Origin: an uncultured Gammaproteobacteria bacterium
Lineage (GTDB): Bacteria; Pseudomonadota; Gammaproteobacteria; CAMYKB01
Assembly: GCA_947258875.1 (NCBI GenBank)
Contig: CAMYKB010000003.1
Span: 12,358 to 76,357, forward strand
Length of the DNA stretch: 64,000 nucleotides
Direction: 5' to 3'
Part shown: piece by piece, positions 18,224 through 27,126 of the stretch
Layout of the letters: every line of letters starts with the position of its first letter
How positions within the stretch are numbered: the stretch's first letter is position 1
The notes under the pieces: generated by a model
The model's database searches: none
What the model was told of the DNA's origin: nothing
Seen by the model: the letters and a program-made list of their open reading frames with translations, nothing else
Position numbers and translations under genes: made by a program

Positions 18224-20605
18224 TTATTTGGTCTCGCTGTAGGCCTTGAGCAATTTGTTCATTAGCTCGATGTGCTGCGCGTCGTTCAGCTGACCTTTGG
18301 TGGACACTTTTGCCCACAACTCTGCATTGGTCATTTCACGATGGCAGCCCATGCACAATCCGGTACGATCCATGGCGTCACGCATCTCTTTGGGTAATGC
18401 GCGCGATAACGGCCAGTGTGTGCCGACTGTCTGAACCTGTTGGTCATCCTTGATAATCGTCGACCAGTCAAAATCCAGGGCCTCAATCTTGGGAATCTGG
18501 ATCTGGTAGTTCCTGGGGATGACTTTACCGGTCTTCTGATCAATCAGGTCTTCAACGATATCCACCGGATAACGCGTCTGGAATACACCACCGGAAATAC
18601 CGTACCCCATTGCCTTCGGATTGTTATGGCAGGACTCGCAGGTACGGGCCTTGCGCTGTGCCGAATGCGGTTGCACCGGTGCCATATCAAGTGCCAACGG
18701 AGTACGCTCCTGTCCCAGCTCTTTCTGCTCGTCGTACGATAAAGCTATCTGGTCGAGAGCAACGGTTCTGCCGTCACGCGCTTTAACGGTGTAAACGATC
18801 TGGCAGCCCGGCATTAATGGGGTAACACGGCCCTCACCGTTGATACCCAGTACCGGTTCTTCCCAACGCAGGTAAGCACGAGTTTCATACACCTTACCAG
18901 GACTCTGAATACCTTTTACGCCTAGCGGTGACTCAGCGGTTGAACCGTCCGGGTTGCGTTGACTGCCGGATGCAATCCAGTCGGTATCATGTTTAGGTTT
19001 ACCATCTTTGTCTTTGCCGTAGTCAACCTGTACATGGCAGCCATAACATTGTGGCACCCATGATGCGTGGCAGGCATAACATTCCAGGCTTTCGGCATGT
19101 TTTTGGACCCGGCTCATGGCCACCATGGCATCCGGACTCTTCCACGCGTTGTCGATCTGCAGCTGTTTAAGCAACGGAACTTCAAAGTCATTGCCGGTTG
19201 CCGAATGCAACATGGCCTTCTTGCCATCCTTGACAACGTTGCCGAATGGATTGCCACGGGCGGTCTTCAGATAACCATCCTTCTTGTCGTACAGCGTGGC
19301 GAAGGCTGCGGTTTCCGGCAGTGGGCTCGTGGCCAGACCACGCGCTTTGCCGGTCAGTGGTTGGTCAAATTCCTCGCCATGTCCCAGCGGTAATTCCCAG
19401 GGGAATTGCTCTGGCGTGCCATGGCAGTCCTGGCATTCAATTTCCACCTGTGCCAGCGTGGTGCCCGGAATATTGCCATCACCATGCATGTCGATCGATG
19501 TATGACAATCCTGGCATAGCAGGCCACCTTCGGGATTCCCCGGGCGGCTCTTGATCTGGTGATGCAGATCATCAGAGATAAACAGGTACTGCTTGGTGTG
19601 CAGTTTTGGCTGTTTTTCGCCTTTCTCGTTGAACGGCGAACCGTAAGGGAACTCCATCAATCCCTGATACGTCACGCCGATACGCTTGCCGCGATTGTGG
19701 CAGGAGTTGCAGGTCTCGACGGGGATACCCGAATACTCAATACCACCATGAGTCACTTTGGACTTGCGAGTAGACTGTATCTGGTGGGTCAGCATGTGGC
19801 CCTTTTCTGTCTTGTCGATGGTCGGGTCATTACCTTCGTAGATGCCTTCATTGCCATAGGCTATGTGGCAGGCTGAACACCCCTGACCGCGGTAATCACC
19901 GCGTTTTTCACGGCCCTTGACTGTAACGTGGCAGCGTTGGCATTGCTGGCGCTGGTAGGTAAAGCCAGCAAGCTTCGGGTTTTTCTCGATGTCTTCGACC
20001 GATGGGTTGGGTATTTGCGACAATTCAGTGGGGAACTGTTCCTTGTGCGCGGCTATCATGTCCTTCATGTAGGCCTTGTAGTCATCGGTACCCACAGCAG
20101 GTACAGGTCCGTCACCGTCCTTGATATCATAATTACCCCAGGGAACCTTATGATTCTGCACCTCTTCGATGCCCCAGGTGTGCAGGTTGCCCTGAATCTT
20201 ACCGGCTTCGGTATTCATTAAGGATTTTTCCAGACGTTCAGAATAGCCCAGGTGGCAGGCGCTCTGACCACAGGTAAATTTGTTGACATCCATCGCCCCG
20301 GGATCTGGGTAAAACGTTTGCGGGCCGTTGGCTTGCTTTAGTGTCGCCGGTGAGCCGCTGTGAGCCGCTTTTGCCTCGCTTGCGCCTGGGTTGCCGCCAT
20401 GGCACATGACGCAACCTTGGCTATCCCCGTGCGATGAACCCAACGCCTTGATCATTGCCATCATGGCGCTGCCTTCCTGGCGTATCTGTTCGAGGCCGTT
20501 GTGACAACTCATGCAGCCTTCGCCGGCTCCGATCTTGGCATCTGCAGTGAACGTGATAAATAGCGTAACGAGGAATAAAGCTAGTGCCCTTGCGGTCGTT
20601 CCCAT
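18224..20605 (-). CDS. Multihaem c-type cytochrome (~12 haem-binding motifs), secreted
   Basis: 793 aa with signal peptide and GAGAGGG RBS. 11 CXXCH motifs (CMSCH, CVMCH, CQRCH, CSACH, CNSCH, CQDCH x2, CYACH, CYGCH, CESCH, CMGCH) plus one CX4CH (CGQSACH). Confidence 0.85.
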   Translation of the reverse strand: MGTTARALALFLVTLFITFTADAKIGAGEGCMSCHNGLEQIRQEGSAMMAMIKALGSSHGDSQGCVMCHGGNPGASEAKAAHSGSPATLKQANGPQTFYPDPGAMDVNKFTCGQSACHLGYSERLEKSLMNTEAGKIQGNLHTWGIEEVQNHKVPWGNYDIKDGDGPVPAVGTDDYKAYMKDMIAAHKEQFPTELSQIPNPSVEDIEKNPKLAGFTYQRQQCQRCHVTVKGREKRGDYRGQGCSACHIAYGNEGIYEGNDPTIDKTEKGHMLTHQIQSTRKSKVTHGGIEYSGIPVETCNSCHNRGKRIGVTYQGLMEFPYGSPFNEKGEKQPKLHTKQYLFISDDLHHQIKSRPGNPEGGLLCQDCHTSIDMHGDGNIPGTTLAQVEIECQDCHGTPEQFPWELPLGHGEEFDQPLTGKARGLATSPLPETAAFATLYDKKDGYLKTARGNPFGNVVKDGKKAMLHSATGNDFEVPLLKQLQIDNAWKSPDAMVAMSRVQKHAESLECYACHASWVPQCYGCHVQVDYGKDKDGKPKHDTDWIASGSQRNPDGSTAESPLGVKGIQSPGKVYETRAYLRWEEPVLGINGEGRVTPLMPGCQIVYTVKARDGRTVALDQIALSYDEQKELGQERTPLALDMAPVQPHSAQRKARTCESCHNNPKAMGYGISGGVFQTRYPVDIVEDLIDQKTGKVIPRNYQIQIPKIEALDFDWSTIIKDDQQVQTVGTHWPLSRALPKEMRDAMDRTGLCMGCHREMTNAELWAKVSTKGQLNDAQHIELMNKLLKAYSETK

Positions 20606-21013
20606 GGCGCCCTCTCTTGGTATTGTGTTTTTTTTATATATGCAGTGCTTATATTCGCCACTTAATGCGGCATTGCGACTTGCAATGAGTATAGACGAGA
20701 TTACTATAGAAAGTCGTAGTAATTGTGAGATCGATCAGTTGAAGGATTGGGGTATTGATTGAACAGCCGTCTGCTGCGGCGCCGGGTATGACTTAAGTCT
20801 GTTGTATCAACGCGTTTTTCCAGGATGGGAGCGCACATATAAAATGACAGTATGTGCCGTGGTTTGGTTACGAAAATCCGTTGCAGTCACTTCGAGGGGC
20901 GTGAGTTCTGCAGCACCTGGGATAGTGTGTATTCAGCAGCTCTTACTTATCTGTACACGAACGAGCCTTGTTGGCTCACACTACCCGTCATACCTGATAT
21001 GAACGACTACCCC

Positions 21014-22558
21014 TTATTCCACTAACGCGGCCTGGATCACGCCGACGCGAATGCTGTTAAGCACGGCCTTATCTTTCGCCGGGCCCAACCCTGTAGGAAC
21101 CACTACGGCCTTGCCCGCGGCGAGGCTGCGAATATCGCGGGTGATCTGGCGGCGCTTTCCCTGTGCATCCGGGTATTGTACGGCGACCTTAACATTGCGC
21201 ACTGCATAGGATGTCGGGTTTTGTACCTGCACCACCACATAGCCGTTCTGATTGAGACCAACCCGGGTCTTAATGTAATTACCCGGGTTTTGCGGCAGAT
21301 CCAGTCGCAGCAGTGATTGCGAGGCCTGCTTGCCGGGTTCGGAGTTGGAACCCGCTGCTGCCTTGTAATATTTCAGGGCGCTGGCACGATCACCGGCGGC
21401 CAATGTCAGGTTGCCGAGTGAATTCAGCGCGGTCGCGGTGGGCAACAATTTAACACTTTGCTCGAGATCGCTGCGTGCACCGCTGCGATCACCAAGACGC
21501 TCGCGTGTGAGGCCGCGCTGTACGTAGTAATGAAAAAACTGATTGTTATACTGCAACGCCTTGTTGTAGTCGGCGAGTGCTGATTTGAGGTTGTTTTGCT
21601 GAAACTTTGCGTCGCCGAACAACGAATGAAATTGTGCCTCTCGCGGTTCCATACGAATGGCTTTTTGTGCCAGAGTCATCGCCTTACGGGTATCGCCCTT
21701 GGCCAGGGCTTTGCGGCCCTCGTCGTGGGCCTTGTAGGCTTCGCGGCTGCGTTTGATGTGCGCTATCTTGCTTTGATAGCGCTGTGTGCCCAGTTCTCCA
21801 CCTGATGGCAGGCTTTTCGCGTGTTCGATGTTGTTATCGACACGTTCCTGTGACGGCGGGTGGCTGGCAAACAGGCCGGATAACCAATCTGACCGCCGGC
21901 CTTCGGACAGGCGTACGAAGGTTTCTTGTAGGCTGATGGCGGCACGCGGATCGTAACCGGCTTTGGACATGTAGTTCATGCCATAAAAATCGGATTCGCG
22001 TTCCGCGTCACGGCCGTATTTTTGATTAAGCAGGCCCGCCGCAAGTTGCGCGCCACCGACAGCGAGATTGGCGTAATCGCTATCGCGTGCGGCAATGCCG
22101 GTTGCCATGATGGCGCCTTGCAGCAGCATGCCGCGTTCCATACCTTTGGCGCCATGACGTGCGGCGGCATGTACCACTTCGTGACCCAGTACCGCGGCAA
22201 CTTCAGCTTCGTTATTGAGTTCCACCAGCAGTCCACGGTTGACGGCGATTTTGCCGCCGGGCAGCGCCCATGCGTTAGGTGTGGAGTTGTTGAGTACCAC
22301 GAATTCATAGGGTAATTGCCGGTCACTGACGGCGGCCAGGCGGTTGCCGATACTCTGCACATAACGCGTCAGTTCCTGATCGACGTTGTATTGGCCACCC
22401 TGCATCTGCTGGCTCACCAAGTAGTTCTGTTTGCCCAGCTGGATTTCCTGGGCTTCAGACACCAATGTGAGTTCGCGTTCTCCCGTTACAGGATTAACGG
22501 CACAGCCCTGTAACGCAACCGCCGCAAGTATGAATGCATAAAGGATGTTTCGCATCAT
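21014..22558 (-). CDS. BepA/YfgC-like M48 metallopeptidase with C-terminal TPR domain, lipoprotein
   Basis: Lipobox ALQGCAV. HEXXH motif LGHEVVHAAARH. TPR-like C-terminal half. Start at MMRNILY (22558), preceded by GGGGA. Confidence 0.8.
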   Translation of the reverse strand: MMRNILYAFILAAVALQGCAVNPVTGERELTLVSEAQEIQLGKQNYLVSQQMQGGQYNVDQELTRYVQSIGNRLAAVSDRQLPYEFVVLNNSTPNAWALPGGKIAVNRGLLVELNNEAEVAAVLGHEVVHAAARHGAKGMERGMLLQGAIMATGIAARDSDYANLAVGGAQLAAGLLNQKYGRDAERESDFYGMNYMSKAGYDPRAAISLQETFVRLSEGRRSDWLSGLFASHPPSQERVDNNIEHAKSLPSGGELGTQRYQSKIAHIKRSREAYKAHDEGRKALAKGDTRKAMTLAQKAIRMEPREAQFHSLFGDAKFQQNNLKSALADYNKALQYNNQFFHYYVQRGLTRERLGDRSGARSDLEQSVKLLPTATALNSLGNLTLAAGDRASALKYYKAAAGSNSEPGKQASQSLLRLDLPQNPGNYIKTRVGLNQNGYVVVQVQNPTSYAVRNVKVAVQYPDAQGKRRQITRDIRSLAAGKAVVVPTGLGPAKDKAVLNSIRVGVIQAALVE

Positions 22559-22829
22559 GTAGATCGTCCCCGGTGGGTTTGGGTAAGTGCACAGGCAATA
22601 TTGCCTGGAACCTATCTCAAAGTTTGTCTCACACGCCAATTCAGTGCTGCGGTCCGCGCCTTTATGTCATCAGGTATTGTTATGACGCGCGATCCACGAG
22701 TTGAGATAGATTCTGGTAGTTAATTTATACGGACTCTAGCATGTGTTTGTGCCTCCGGTGCCTGGTGAGCGCCGGGATCAGCGGGGATTTCACAAAACGT
22801 TACAAAATAGAGACCGGGCAGGGCAGTGA

Positions 22830-23321
22830 CTACAGACCGATATTGACGCCAATGCCAAAGTGGACTTTGGGTTTGTCATATTCATGTGTTTCGTTGGACC
22901 ACAGATGCATGTCTTCGGCATTCACGACCGGATAGTTGTAATCAGCCTGGCCAACCTTGCCGGGGCGTGTTTCTGTAATGGTGCCCGCCACGGTAATGCG
23001 CTTGCCATTATGGAGGTCCATGGTCTCGAGGTAACCGTCCTGTGACACCATGAACCGCCCCGTTGGCGTGGAACGCAGTTTGGGTTGTTGCTTGCGGTCG
23101 AGTGGATAACCCAGTACTTCCACCAAGGTGCTGTTTTCCAGGTTGGTGCTACTGATGATCGTGCCACCCCATAACACGCGTTGTCCGGTGGTGCTTTGTG
23201 TAGATGCGCGTGCGGGAGTTAGACTGCTGTCGATGTTGGCTGTTTCGAAACGCGGTGTACTGGCACAGGCCGAAAGCAAACCTATGTACAATGCTATAAT
23301 CACAAAGCGGCTGATAATCAT
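22830..23321 (-). CDS. Slp family outer-membrane lipoprotein
   Basis: Lipobox LLSACAS. Slp hallmark QRVLWGGTIISSTN...GRFMV...YNYPVV. Confidence 0.7.
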   Translation of the reverse strand: MIISRFVIIALYIGLLSACASTPRFETANIDSSLTPARASTQSTTGQRVLWGGTIISSTNLENSTLVEVLGYPLDRKQQPKLRSTPTGRFMVSQDGYLETMDLHNGKRITVAGTITETRPGKVGQADYNYPVVNAEDMHLWSNETHEYDKPKVHFGIGVNIGL

Positions 23322-23329
23322 TATGGTAC

Positions 23330-23875
23330 TCACCAATAGTAGGGATGACGGCGGTAATATGGCCAGTAGAATGGGTCGTAATAGTATGGACGATACCAGG
23401 GATCATACCAGAATGGGTCGTAGTAGCGCGCGGGTTGCTCGACGTGTTTTTCCCATAAGTAATGACTGGTGACTGAAACCAGAGGGAAGTTATAGGCGTG
23501 TTCACCAATCTTGCCCTGTTCAGCACCGGTCAGGGTGCCTGATACGGTCATTTCGCGTCCCTTGGCATAGATGGCAGGATCGAGAAAACCATCCACCTGT
23601 GCAAGGAAACGGCCAGGGCTGCTGTCCTGTTCCAGTGGGCGGCCTGATCTGCCCAGATCACGCGCCACGATTTCCACCACGCTGTCCTGTTGACGGTTAG
23701 TCACTGACACAATGGTGCCACCCCAACGTACCTGGCTGCCGGTGAACTGTTGTGGATTGCTACGGACTTCGGCCACGCTCGGGGTATTGGTTCTGGCGCT
23801 GATCTCTTGTGGGACATTACTGGCGCAGGCCGTCAATAACAATCCTGCAATTAGCAGTGATAACAGCTGTTTCAT
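23330..23875 (-). CDS. Slp family outer-membrane lipoprotein with aromatic/Pro-rich C-terminal tail
   Basis: Lipobox LLTACAS. Hallmark SQVRWGGTIVSVTN...GRFLAQ...YNFPLV. Tail YYDPFWYDPWYRPYYYDPFYWPYYRRHPYYW. Confidence 0.7.
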   Translation of the reverse strand: MKQLLSLLIAGLLLTACASNVPQEISARTNTPSVAEVRSNPQQFTGSQVRWGGTIVSVTNRQQDSVVEIVARDLGRSGRPLEQDSSPGRFLAQVDGFLDPAIYAKGREMTVSGTLTGAEQGKIGEHAYNFPLVSVTSHYLWEKHVEQPARYYDPFWYDPWYRPYYYDPFYWPYYRRHPYYW

Positions 23876-23988
23876 GGTTTCCACCCTACCTTGATAGAGG
23901 TCTATGTTTGATAAGACAGGCCTATCGAAAAGGAGTTCTATAACCCAATAAGTCTACTTGGCCTGGCTGAACGCAAGCTTAACCTGCA

Positions 23989-26900
23989 TCAACTGGGTTC
24001 ACTACGGAGTTTGGACTGTTTGATGACCAGGTAGACTGCGGGTATCACCACCAGCGTCAGCAGGGTAGCGCTGATCATACCGCCCACCATGGGGGCGGCG
24101 ATGCGGCGCATGACCTCTGAACCGGTGCCGCTGCCCAGCATAATAGGTAACAGGCCGGCGATGATTGCGGAGACAGTCATCATGATGGGTCGCACTCGCA
24201 GCAAGGCACCTTCAGTAATGGCTTCGCGTAATTCATCGAGTGTTATTCGGTGGGCGCGTTCGCCGTGATGTGTCATGCGATTATAGGCCTGGTTGAGATA
24301 CACCAGCATGATGACGCCGATTTCTACAGCGACGCCGGCCAGGGCGATGAAGCCGACGCCAACGGCAACAGATATATTATAGTCCAGTAAGTAGAGCAGC
24401 CAGAATCCACCCACCAGCGCCATCGGCAAGGTACCCATTATAATGAGCACTTCCGTGAGGTTGCGGAAATTCAGGTACAGCAACAGCATGATGATCAGTA
24501 TCGTAACGGGCACCACCAGCGTGAGGCGCTCTTTGGCACGCACCATGTATTCGTACTGGCCGGACCAGTTAATTGAATAACCGGCGGGTAATTCGACATT
24601 GTCGGCCACGACCTGGCGCGCTTCTTTTACATAAGAACCCACGTCGCGGTCCTTGATGTCGACAAAGGTCCAGCCGTTGGGGCGTGCGTTTTCGCTCTTG
24701 ATCATGGCTGGGCCATCCTCGACGCGAATATCGGCGACTTCGCCCAGCGGAATGCGGGCGCCACCCGGCGTTACCACCGGCAGGTTGCGTAACTTGGTGA
24801 CCGAATCACGGATGTCGCGAGGATAACGCACATTGATCGGGTAACGTTCCAGGCCTTCCACGCTCATGGCGACATTCATGCCACCGACTGCGGTACGCAC
24901 CACGTCATGCACGTCACTGATGTTAAGACCATGGCGTGAGGCGGCAATACGATCGATATCAGCAACAATATAACGGCCACCGGCGACACGTTCGGAGAAT
25001 GCTGACGCAGTGCCAGGCACCTGGCTAACAACCTTTTCAAGATCCTGGCCGATTTCCTGAATAACACCCAAATCCGGCCCGGCCACCTTGATGCCGACAG
25101 GCGTCTTAATGCCGGTCGCCAGCATATCGATGCGCGTCTTGATCGGCATCACCCAGGCGTTGGTTAGGCCGGGGTATCTCACCATTTCATTCAGTTCTTG
25201 CCTGATTTTTTCAGGTGTAATACCGGGGCGCCATTGATCGCGGGGTTTGAAGATAATGGTGGTTTCGATCATGGTTAGCGGCGCCGGGTCAGTGGCGGTT
25301 TCGGCGCGGCCGATCTTGCCGAAGACGCGTTCCACTTCGGGGTGCGAGCGTATTATTTTATCGGTTTGTTGCAGCAACTCCTGTGCCTTGCCAATGGAGA
25401 CACCCGGGAAGGTGGTCGGCATGTACATCAGGTCGCCTTCATCCAGGTCAGGCATGAATTCGGAACCGAGTTGCGTGACCGGCCATAAACCCACCGCCAT
25501 GATGATGATGGAAGCGAGTAAAACGGTTTTAGGTATCCTTAGTATGATGTTAATAAACGGCCGGTAGACCGCAATCAAAATCCGGTTGATCGGATTTTTA
25601 TGCTCGGGCGTGATATGGCCGCGGATGAAGTAACCCATCAAGACCGGTACCAGGGTAATTGACAAGCCAGCGGCGGCGGCCATGGCATAGGTCTTGGTGA
25701 AGGCCAGCGGCGCAAACAAGCGGCCTTCCTGTGCTTCCAGCGTGAACACCGGCAGGAAGCTCAACGTAATAATGAGTAACGAGAAGAATAACGGCGGGCC
25801 GACTTCCAGAGTCGCTTCGCGGACAATGCGCCAGCGGTTTTCATCGGTTAGCGGTTCACGTTCGATATGCTTGTGCACGTTCTCGATCATCACGATGGCG
25901 GCATCGACCATGGCGCCGATGGCGATGGCGATACCACCCAGCGACATGATGTTGGCATTAATGCCCTGGTTGTACATGACCACGAAGGCAATAAGGATGC
26001 CGATGGGTAAACTGACAATGGCGACAAAGGCTGAACGCAGGTGAAACAGGAATACCACACACACCAGTGCCACTACAATGAACTCTTCTACCAGTTTACC
26101 CTGCAGTGTGCTGACGGCACGTTTGATCAGCGATGAGCGATCATAGGTGGTGACGATCTCGACACCGTCCGGCAAGCCGTTTTGTAATTCCTCAAGTTTT
26201 TGTTTAACGCCTTCGATGGTCTTCAGCGCATTCTCGCCGTAGCGCATGATGATGATGCCGCCGACCACTTCGCCTTCGCCATCGAGTTCGGCAATGCCGC
26301 GGCGCATCTGTGGCCCGAGGCGGATATCGGCCACGTCCTTCAATAGGATAGGCGTGCCTTGTGCGTTCACACCCAGCGGAATACGCCGCAGGTCATCCAG
26401 CTCATTGATGTAACCGGTGGCGCGCACCATGTATTCGGCCTCGGCCATTTCAATTACCGAGCCACCGACTTCCTGGTTGGCCATCTTGATGGCCATACGG
26501 ATCTTGGCGAGCGGTAAGCCATAGGCGCGCAAGCGGTCAGGATTGAGTACCACCTGGTATTGCTTGACCATGCCGCCAACCGTGGCGACCTCAGACACGC
26601 CGGCTACGGTTTGCAATTCATACTTAAGAAACCAGTCCTGCAAGGAACGCAGTTGCGACAAATCCTGTGTGCCCTTGCGGTCGACGAGTGCGTATTCGTA
26701 GACCCAGCCGACACCGGTCGCATCCGGACCCAATGCCGGACGTGCCTCTGCCGGCAAGCGCGTGGCGACCTGACTTAAATATTCCAATACCCGTGAGCGT
26801 GCCCAGTAAGGGTCAGTGCCGTCCTTGAAAATTACGTACACATACGAGTCATTGAAAAACGAGTAGCCGCGGACGTTCACTGCACCCGGTACCGATAACA

Positions 26901-27117
26901 TCGCCGTGGTGAGTGGGTAGGTGACTTGATCCTCCACCACGCGCGGCGCTTGACCGGGATAGGTGGTCTTGATGATAACCTGTACATCGGACAGGTCCGG
27001 GATCGCATCCAGCGGTGTGTTCTTGACCGAGTAAATACCCCAGCCGGTGAGCAATACCGTGAGCAGGATCACCAGGAAGCGATTGTTGAGTGACCAATCA
27101 ATAATGCGTGCAATCAT
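23989..27117 (-). CDS. cusA: Heavy-metal efflux RND transporter CusA (HME-RND)
   Basis: 1042 aa with 12-TM RND topology. N-terminus MIARIIDWSLNNRFLVILLTVLL and conserved HME-RND motifs. Operon with an MFP and an OMF. Confidence 0.9.
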   Translation of the reverse strand: MIARIIDWSLNNRFLVILLTVLLTGWGIYSVKNTPLDAIPDLSDVQVIIKTTYPGQAPRVVEDQVTYPLTTAMLSVPGAVNVRGYSFFNDSYVYVIFKDGTDPYWARSRVLEYLSQVATRLPAEARPALGPDATGVGWVYEYALVDRKGTQDLSQLRSLQDWFLKYELQTVAGVSEVATVGGMVKQYQVVLNPDRLRAYGLPLAKIRMAIKMANQEVGGSVIEMAEAEYMVRATGYINELDDLRRIPLGVNAQGTPILLKDVADIRLGPQMRRGIAELDGEGEVVGGIIIMRYGENALKTIEGVKQKLEELQNGLPDGVEIVTTYDRSSLIKRAVSTLQGKLVEEFIVVALVCVVFLFHLRSAFVAIVSLPIGILIAFVVMYNQGINANIMSLGGIAIAIGAMVDAAIVMIENVHKHIEREPLTDENRWRIVREATLEVGPPLFFSLLIITLSFLPVFTLEAQEGRLFAPLAFTKTYAMAAAAGLSITLVPVLMGYFIRGHITPEHKNPINRILIAVYRPFINIILRIPKTVLLASIIIMAVGLWPVTQLGSEFMPDLDEGDLMYMPTTFPGVSIGKAQELLQQTDKIIRSHPEVERVFGKIGRAETATDPAPLTMIETTIIFKPRDQWRPGITPEKIRQELNEMVRYPGLTNAWVMPIKTRIDMLATGIKTPVGIKVAGPDLGVIQEIGQDLEKVVSQVPGTASAFSERVAGGRYIVADIDRIAASRHGLNISDVHDVVRTAVGGMNVAMSVEGLERYPINVRYPRDIRDSVTKLRNLPVVTPGGARIPLGEVADIRVEDGPAMIKSENARPNGWTFVDIKDRDVGSYVKEARQVVADNVELPAGYSINWSGQYEYMVRAKERLTLVVPVTILIIMLLLYLNFRNLTEVLIIMGTLPMALVGGFWLLYLLDYNISVAVGVGFIALAGVAVEIGVIMLVYLNQAYNRMTHHGERAHRITLDELREAITEGALLRVRPIMMTVSAIIAGLLPIMLGSGTGSEVMRRIAAPMVGGMISATLLTLVVIPAVYLVIKQSKLRSEPS

Positions 27118-27126
27118 GACGGCCCC

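Noticed and set aside
18224-18317. Possible overlap of the TPR lipoprotein gene (if started at 18317) with the multihaem cytochrome gene
   Set aside because: The upstream 54 codons lack a signal peptide. The downstream start MATLV (18155) directly precedes the lipobox and removes the 94-bp overlap.
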